A stretch of DNA of 3,978 nucleotides, from IMG/VR virus record IMGVR_UViG_2579778654_000007; one strand, given 5' to 3'. Below are positions 1 to 3,978 of this stretch, piece after piece. The notes beneath the pieces were generated by a model that was not told where the DNA came from, did no database searches, and saw only the letters and a list, made by a program, of their open reading frames with translations. Numbering within the stretch: the stretch's first letter is position 1; each line of letters begins with the position of its first letter. Made by a program: the position numbers and the translations under genes. This DNA is from a virus. Taxonomy: Duplodnaviria > Heunggongvirae > Uroviricota > Caudoviricetes.

Positions 1-1164
1 TTACGCCTTCTTTATATCCTCCATAATTCCACAGTGGGACATATTTGGGACATTATCACCAAAAATGTCGTCTATTTTCCTTGCATGCTCTGTCAAATGA
101 TTAGGCGCAAGGTGAGCATACCTACGAACCATTTCTATGGACTCCCATCCGCCCATTTCCTGAAGCACAGATAATGGGACGCCTGACTGGATCAGCCAGC
201 TTGCCCAGGTGTGTCTGAGGTCATGGAAACGGAAATCTTCAATTCCTGCACGACGACAAGCTGATAGCCATGATGTCTTGCTGTCGATGCGCATCTTCCT
301 GACCGCAGGCGTTGATGTTCCATCTGCTCGCTTAGCCGCCTTGGTATGTACAAACACCCATTTGTGATGCTTGCCTATTTGATCACGCAACACTTTACAG
401 GCGGTATCGTTCAGCGCCACACCAATGGCGCGGTTTGATTTGCTCTCTTCTGGATTCACCCAGGCAACTCGTCGCTGCATGTCGATTTGTTGCCATTCCA
501 GATTTATGATGTTCGACTTTCTCAGACCAGTTGCCAGCGCAAACTTGACGACAGATTTCAGTGGTTCGGGGCACTCATCAATAAGGCGTTTTGCTTCCTC
601 CTTTTCCAGCCATCTGACTCGCTTGTTTCTGACCGCTGGTATCTTGATGACAGGCGCTTTTTCCAGCCACTTCCAGTCGCGTTCTGCAGCACGGAGAATG
701 GCCTTTATCATGGCAAGATGCTTTGCCTTTGTCTGAGTTGATACTGGCTTTGGTTCATAAACAGGCGGTTCTTTACCTTTCCTGATGGCGGCCTGAACTT
801 TCTGTTTCCATATTTCTTTCGTCTTTCTGTTATGCATTCTGCTTACAGCAGAGTAAATCTTTGCCTCCGAGATATCTTTAAGCCTTATACCCTCAAAATG
901 TTCAAGCCAGAACTCAATCCGGCTTTTATCTGAATCGAGAGATTTTTTATCAGCTTTTTCCTCAAGCCATCTTAGGCAGGCCTCTTCAAAAGTGACATCA
1001 GGTAAATCCCCTAGCTTTTCTACTCGCCAGAGTTCTGCTTTTCGCTTGTCGTGCAACTCCTGAGCTTGCCGCTTGTCCTTTGTGCCAAGAGATTCCTTAA
1101 TTCGTTTCCCGCCCGGGAGCGAATACGAGGCATACCATATTTCATTTCTGCGGAAGAGTGACAT
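1..1164 (-). CDS. int: Phage tyrosine integrase (site-specific recombinase, lambdoid/Rac IntR-like), 387 aa, complete
   Basis: Full ORF with ATG at 1164..1162 and TAA at 3..1. A GAGGA Shine-Dalgarno lies at 1175..1171, 6 nt upstream of the ATG. The C-terminal catalytic signature of tyrosine recombinases is present: box [15 protein letters not shown] (H-x-x-R), W in GGWESIEM, and the nucleophile Tyr in VRRYAHL (codon at 118..120). A box I-like [14 protein letters not shown] is also present. Resemblance to Rac-type integrases is from memory, unverified. Confidence 0.93.
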   Translation of the reverse strand: MSLFRRNEIWYASYSLPGGKRIKESLGTKDKRQAQELHDKRKAELWRVEKLGDLPDVTFEEACLRWLEEKADKKSLDSDKSRIEFWLEHFEGIRLKDISEAKIYSAVSRMHNRKTKEIWKQKVQAAIRKGKEPPVYEPKPVSTQTKAKHLAMIKAILRAAERDWKWLEKAPVIKIPAVRNKRVRWLEKEEAKRLIDECPEPLKSVVKFALATGLRKSNIINLEWQQIDMQRRVAWVNPEESKSNRAIGVALNDTACKVLRDQIGKHHKWVFVHTKAAKRADGTSTPAVRKMRIDSKTSWLSACRRAGIEDFRFHDLRHTWASWLIQSGVPLSVLQEMGGWESIEMVRRYAHLAPNHLTEHARKIDDIFGDNVPNMSHCGIMEDIKKA

Positions 1165-1391
1165 TTTCTTTCCTCTGTTATGCCATCACCCGCGCTCACC
1201 TGGACAGTATGCAGCGGAGACTGAAGCGCCGCAATGCAAGCTTGCCGTGTTGTGAGGTAAGGAGATTTTGGCTTGGTTGGATCTTTACGTGTTGCCTGTA
1301 GGCGGCCTGTTCGTATCCAGTTGGTGGCGGTTGGTCTGGATATCTTAAGAAACTGACAGGCCTCATCGAGTGTGAGGCTGTATGGCTCCAT
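1020..1391 (-). CDS. xis: Excisionase / AlpA-type HTH recombination directionality factor; the ORF runs 123 aa and its C-terminal part overlaps int
   Basis: ATG at 1391..1389 is preceded by GGTGA (1400..1396) and overlaps the upstream stop as TAATG. The N-terminal approx. 60 aa ([35 protein letters not shown]...) look like a small excisionase-type helix-turn-helix. The gene sits immediately upstream of int, as expected for xis. The ORF-track start at 1475 was rejected (see noticed_but_rejected). The 3' end overlaps int by 145 nt (1020-1164) in another frame. Confidence 0.7.
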   Translation of the reverse strand: MEPYSLTLDEACQFLKISRPTATNWIRTGRLQATRKDPTKPKSPYLTTRQACIAALQSPLHTVQVSAGDGITEERKCHSSAEMKYGMPRIRSRAGNELRNLLAQRTSGKLRSCTTSEKQNSGE

Positions 1392-1696
1392 TATTTCACC
1401 TCTTGCTGTGTCATTGTTGAAAAATGGATACCAGCTCGTTGCTGCCAGACGATCCAACCGAGAGTCATATCCCATGCCATGTATTCGTTATCGCCGTTTT
1501 TTACTCTCCGACGATCTACTAAGTCACCGAAACGCTTTTCCATGAATAATTCATAGGCTTCGCGTTCATCTGGCTCTACTTCCAGAGATACGAGTGCGAT
1601 TTCATAAGCACGGCGCTCAATATCGTCTCGAACCTCTAGGCTGCTGATTCGTTCTTTGATTTCTTTAATCAGTTCTTTATTGGTAAATGTGGTCAT
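1391..1696 (-). CDS. yfdT: Small phage protein of unknown function (YfdT-like), 101 aa
   Basis: ORF with ATG at 1696..1694 and TAA at 1393..1391. The start overlaps the upstream gene's stop (TAATG), with GGAG-like sequence just upstream. Protein is acidic and helical (MTTFTNKELIKEIKERISSLEVRDDIERRAYEIALVSLEVEPDEREAYELF...). The symbol is assigned by synteny and length from memory of the E. coli CPS-53 yfdQRST cluster; treat as tentative. Confidence 0.7.
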   Translation of the reverse strand: MTTFTNKELIKEIKERISSLEVRDDIERRAYEIALVSLEVEPDEREAYELFMEKRFGDLVDRRRVKNGDNEYMAWDMTLGWIVWQQRAGIHFSTMTQQEVK

Positions 1697-2058
1697 TATG
1701 CTCCAGCCTCCGGTGCTTTTGGCATTACTGCCCAGTGAGTGATATTGACGTTTTCAAGGTCCCCGACCTGAAATGTCCACTGCCATTCTCCGGTTTCTTT
1801 TTGTCCCCAGGTGTACCAGAGAGAACGCCAGCCAATCAGCCAGCCTTCTCCATTAGCATCAAATAACAGAACACTTTCATTTGCTGGTGGCAGTTCAGCT
1901 GACACTGGTATTATTTTGTTTTCCAGTGCCGCACATTTAGCTTCAAGCGCGTCGAATTTACGTAACAGGTACTCAGCATTTGTTTCGTTCACTTTCAGAT
2001 CTCGCGGTACACATTTCCCGCGAAGAAACCCTTCCATTTCGAAAACATTCATGCGCAT
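1696..2058 (-). CDS. yfdS: DUF551-family phage protein (YfdS-like), 120 aa
   Basis: ORF with ATG at 2058..2056 (an alternative ATG at 2052..2050 gives an ATGA overlap with the upstream stop). GGAG lies 8 nt upstream. The C-terminal half (ELPPANESVLLFDANGEGWLIGW...WQWTFQVGDLENVNITHWAVMPKAPE) matches the pattern I recall for DUF551 (conserved W/G residues and a THW..MP motif). Function unknown. Confidence 0.78.
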   Translation of the reverse strand: MRMNVFEMEGFLRGKCVPRDLKVNETNAEYLLRKFDALEAKCAALENKIIPVSAELPPANESVLLFDANGEGWLIGWRSLWYTWGQKETGEWQWTFQVGDLENVNITHWAVMPKAPEAGA

Positions 2059-2585
2059 TTGCGTAACTCCGATAAATCGTTAAAACGTTCCATAAACATC
2101 CCGTAGGCATGACCCGGTGCCAGTGGAATCACGTTGAACATCTCTGTTGCCGGGATGCCTTCCAGTACAGGCCAGAAAGAGCCATCATCAAGCCCGAGAT
2201 CGCGGCGTTCGGTTGCCAGCATGATGAGATCGGCATATTTCACGGGTGTACTCATAACTGGGGGTAACCCGTATTTCTCACGGATTACGGCGTCTATTTT
2301 TTCTTCCATCCGTTTATAGTCAGGAAGAAGGCGTTTCAGTGGTGCGGGAATGTCCTGGCAATACGCTTCTGTTGCATCATGCATTAACGCTTCAAAAGCA
2401 AATTCCTGCGGCACCAGCTGGCTGCAAAGAACCGCATGTTGGGCGACGCTGTAGAAGTGCGAAAGATGACCGGCAAAGCGACAGATATTTGAAAGGGAAA
2501 CCGCGATATCGTTAATATCGATGTCGTCTTTATTTATCTTGTCATAATAAAAATGCTTCCCGGAAAAAGTTTTAATAAATGACAT
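2049..2585 (-). CDS. yfdR: HD-domain metal-dependent phosphohydrolase (5'-deoxynucleotidase-like, YfdR-like), 178 aa, full-length copy
   Basis: ATG at 2585..2583 is preceded by GGAG (GTGGAGAACAAAATG); stop TGA at 2051..2049. HD-superfamily motif residues are visible: [25 protein letters not shown] and downstream acidic residues. The ORF-track version (to 2666) begins at a TTG with no RBS, so the shorter ATG start is preferred. The symbol is from memory of the 178-aa CPS-53 YfdR. Confidence 0.85.
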   Translation of the reverse strand: MSFIKTFSGKHFYYDKINKDDIDINDIAVSLSNICRFAGHLSHFYSVAQHAVLCSQLVPQEFAFEALMHDATEAYCQDIPAPLKRLLPDYKRMEEKIDAVIREKYGLPPVMSTPVKYADLIMLATERRDLGLDDGSFWPVLEGIPATEMFNVIPLAPGHAYGMFMERFNDLSELRKCA

Positions 2586-2678
2586 TTTGTTCTCCACGTA
2601 TATGCGCTGCACCGCGCTGAATTCGGGTAAAAGGAAGCCCTCGCTATCAGGCGATTGTTGAGTCAATTACGTTTCCAT

Positions 2679-2700
2679 AAATGCCCCCGCAGGGGCATTT
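2679..2700. other. Perfect 9-bp inverted repeat (stem-loop) in the YfdQ/HD-gene intergenic region, copy 1
   Basis: aaatgcccc-cgca-ggggcattt: 9-bp arms, 4-nt loop, GC-rich core. It lies 12 nt downstream of the YfdQ-fragment stop on the minus strand and is followed on that strand by TTTAT. It may be a weak intrinsic terminator or attenuator, or an RNA processing or protein-binding hairpin. Confidence 0.4.
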
Positions 2701-2712
2701 GCAGCAATGAAA

Positions 2713-2933
2713 TCAGGCGGTGAAAGTACCAATAAAGGTTTCTACTTTGCTGTCTTTGAATTTCTCAACAAGCAGATCACGAAATTCGTTAGCCATTTCT
2801 TCCTGCACCGCTTCCAGCTGAATAATGCGCAGAACCAGTACAGGACGATCGCCAGTGATAATGCTGAGGCGTAATTTAAACGGACGTTCTTTCAGACCTT
2901 CAAACGGAACGCATTTAAATTCAAATGCCACTG
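2713..2933 (-). pseudogene. Orphan 3' fragment of the YfdQ-like gene created by the duplication (C-terminal 72-73 codons, no native start)
   Basis: Its translation is identical to the last 72 aa of the gene at 3508-3966 (..[71 protein letters not shown]). The ORF-track start is a GTG that encodes an internal Val in the intact gene. No RBS is evident. Confidence 0.65.
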
Positions 2934-3380
2934 CATCTCTGTTGCCGGGATGCCTTCCAGTACAGGCCAGAAAGAGCCATCATCAAGCCCGAGATCGCGG
3001 CGTTCGGTTGCCAGCATGATGAGATCGGCATATTTCACGGGTGTACTCATAACTGGGGGTAACCCGTATTTCTCACGGATTACGGCGTCTATTTTTTCTT
3101 CCATCCGTTTATAGTCAGGAAGAAGGCGTTTCAGTGGTGCGGGAATGTCCTGGCAATACGCTTCTGTTGCATCATGCATTAACGCTTCAAAAGCAAATTC
3201 CTGCGGCACCAGCTGGCTGCAAAGAACCGCATGTTGGGCGACGCTGTAGAAGTGCGAAAGATGACCGGCAAAGCGACAGATATTTGAAAGGGAAACCGCG
3301 ATATCGTTAATCACGATGTCGTTTTTATTTATCTTGTCATAATAAAAATGCTTCCCGGAAAAAGTTTTAATAAATGACAT
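2892..3380 (-). CDS. Truncated, chimeric second copy of the HD-domain phosphohydrolase gene (N-terminal 149 aa of the YfdR-like protein plus a 13-aa out-of-frame tail); possibly a pseudogene
   Basis: ATG at 3380..3378 has the same GGAG RBS as copy 1. The protein matches the full copy through ...GIPATEM except for 2 substitutions (KDDIDIND vs KNDIVIND). At the duplication junction it reads into the YfdQ-like 3' sequence in a different frame ([13 protein letters not shown], stop at 2894..2892). The HD motif residues are retained; the last 29 residues of the full-length protein are lost. Confidence 0.6.
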   Translation of the reverse strand: MSFIKTFSGKHFYYDKINKNDIVINDIAVSLSNICRFAGHLSHFYSVAQHAVLCSQLVPQEFAFEALMHDATEAYCQDIPAPLKRLLPDYKRMEEKIDAVIREKYGLPPVMSTPVKYADLIMLATERRDLGLDDGSFWPVLEGIPATEMQWHLNLNAFRLKV

Positions 3381-3728
3381 TTTGTTCTCCACGTATATGC
3401 ACTGCACCGCGCTGAATTCTGGTAAAAGGAAGCCCTCACCATCCGGTGATTATTGAGTTAATTACGTTTCCATAAATGCCCCCGCAGGGGCATTTGCAGT
3501 AATGAAATCAGGCGGTGAAAGTACCAATAAAGGTTTCTACTTTGCTGTCTTTGAATTTCTCAACAAGCAGATCACGAAATTCGTTAGCCATTTCTTCCTG
3601 CACCGCTTCCAGCTGAATAATGCGCAGAACCAGTACAGGACGATCGCCAGTGATAATGCTGAGGCGTAATTTAAACGGACGTTCTTTCAGACCTTCAAAC
3701 GGAACGCATTTAAATTCAAATGCCACTG
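2934..3728. repeat. Tandem direct duplication, copy 2 (795 bp)
   Basis: Head-to-tail with copy 1; the junction lies between 2933 and 2934. The unique flanks differ on both sides: ...acgttgaa|catctctg at the left of copy 1, and ...tgccactg|gcataatg at the right of copy 2. Confidence 0.9.
3474..3495. other. Same 9-bp inverted repeat stem-loop, copy 2 (downstream of the intact YfdQ-like stop codon)
   Basis: Identical hairpin sequence at offset +795; it is conserved even though nine nearby intergenic positions differ between the copies. Confidence 0.4.
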
Positions 3729-3978
3729 GCATAATGTCTTTGGTCTTCGCTTCGACAGACTCCATCAGGGAGCGTTTGCCGCTGAAGTCATTATCTTCAA
3801 AATCAGCGGTCTGGTTTGCTTCAATCGTGATTTTACGGACTGCCGCAGCCGCTTTTGTTGCTTGAATGGCGTCACCATTAGCATCAAAGCCCACAAGGTA
3901 GTCGGCCCAGTCTTCGATCCATTCTGCCAGTGACTTCTGGGAGTTACGCTCGCCGTTAACAGACAACAGAGCAGAGAA
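3508..3978 (-). CDS. yfdQ: Phage protein of unknown function (YfdQ-like), C-terminal part; the 5' end lies beyond the window edge
   Basis: ORF with TGA at 3510..3508. The reading frame stays open upstream of the first in-window ATG (3966) through to base 3978 (..[24 protein letters not shown]..), so the gene probably starts outside the window. Its position upstream of the yfdR/yfdS/yfdT-like genes fits the CPS-53 yfdQRST order as I recall it; the family assignment (DUF2303?) is unverified. Confidence 0.7.
   Translation of the reverse strand, partial: FSALLSVNGERNSQKSLAEWIEDWADYLVGFDANGDAIQATKAAAAVRKITIEANQTADFEDNDFSGKRSLMESVEAKTKDIMPVAFEFKCVPFEGLKERPFKLRLSIITGDRPVLVLRIIQLEAVQEEMANEFRDLLVEKFKDSKVETFIGTFTA

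Larger units (their letters stand above)
2139..2933. repeat. Tandem direct duplication, copy 1 (795 bp)
   Basis: Bases 2139-2933 align with 2934-3728 at a constant offset of 795 with no indels and about 12 mismatches (approx. 98.5% identity by eye). The unit contains the 5' 447 bp of the HD-domain gene, the 127-bp intergenic region and the 3' 221 bp of the YfdQ-like gene. Confidence 0.9.

Noticed and set aside
53-61. DnaA-box-like sequence ttatcacca near the int 3' end
   Set aside because: Two mismatches from the TTATCCACA consensus, and it lies inside coding sequence; expected by chance.
425-741. Plus-strand ORFs 425..736 (103 aa) and 487..741 (84 aa)
   Set aside because: They lie wholly antisense inside the integrase gene, have low-complexity Ser/Arg/Phe-rich translations and no RBS; they are shadow ORFs of the well-supported minus-strand int.
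1073-1255. Plus-strand ORF 1073..1255 (60 aa)
   Set aside because: Antisense to the int start and xis 3' end; no RBS, no recognisable features.
1392-1475. Longer start for the excisionase ORF at ATG 1475 (151-aa version, MGYDSRLDRL..)
   Set aside because: The extension overlaps the 3' 85 nt of the upstream 101-aa gene in another frame and has no Shine-Dalgarno. The ATG at 1391 has GGTGA upstream and a TAATG coupling overlap, and begins directly at the HTH-like domain.
1811-2319. Plus-strand ORFs 1811..2083 (90 aa) and 2134..2319 (61 aa)
   Set aside because: Antisense to the DUF551 and HD-domain genes; Ser/Arg-rich shadow frames.
2586-2666. Longer starts for the HD-domain ORFs (TTG at 2666 for copy 1; GTG at 3407 for copy 2)
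   Set aside because: Non-ATG starts without an RBS that extend into the intergenic hairpin region. Both copies share an ATG with a GGAG RBS (2585 / 3380), giving the expected 178-aa product for the full copy.
2650-2676. TTGACT hexamer (minus strand, copy 1 intergenic region) as a -35 promoter element upstream of the HD-domain gene
   Set aside because: No acceptable -10 hexamer at 16-19 bp spacing, and the hexamer is altered (TTAACT) in copy 2. There is too little support to call a promoter.
2139-3728. Possibility that the two-copy repeat is a CRISPR array or an insertion sequence
   Set aside because: The unit is 795 bp and carries gene fragments; there are no short repeat-spacer units, no terminal inverted repeats, no transposase and no target-site duplication. 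It is a segmental tandem duplication.
2825-3865. Plus-strand ORFs 2825..3019 and 3620..3865, which share the same N-terminus ([23 protein letters not shown]..)
   Set aside because: The shared sequence is a consequence of the tandem duplication, and both are antisense to the YfdQ-like coding sequence; not independent evidence of a gene.
1-3978. Chi sites, tRNA or rRNA genes, attachment-site core repeats
   Set aside because: No GCTGGTGG or its complement was found by eye, no tRNA-like cloverleaf regions were seen, and the only large repeat is the tandem duplication; an att site cannot be recognised without the other prophage end.

Overview
The window reads as the integrase-proximal arm of a lambdoid-type prophage from an enterobacterium (E. 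coli-like). Every supported gene is on the minus strand, forming one compact, translationally coupled leftward operon. In transcription order (high to low coordinate): a partial YfdQ-like gene running off the right edge; a 795-bp segment present as two tandem direct copies (2139-2933 and 2934-3728); a full-length YfdR-like HD-domain phosphohydrolase; a YfdS-like DUF551 protein; a YfdT-like 101-aa protein; an excisionase; and a complete tyrosine integrase whose stop codon sits at bases 1-3. The duplication is the standout feature. Its junction creates a truncated second HD-domain ORF with a 13-aa out-of-frame tail, and an orphan 3' fragment of the YfdQ-like gene. The two copies differ at about 12 positions, all clustered in a 189-bp stretch around the HD-gene start and its upstream intergenic region, while the flanks are identical. 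No rRNA, tRNA, CRISPR array, transposase or attachment site is visible; the att site is expected just left of base 1. Family and gene names come from reading the translated ORFs and from memory of E. coli cryptic-prophage gene content, not from any database search.
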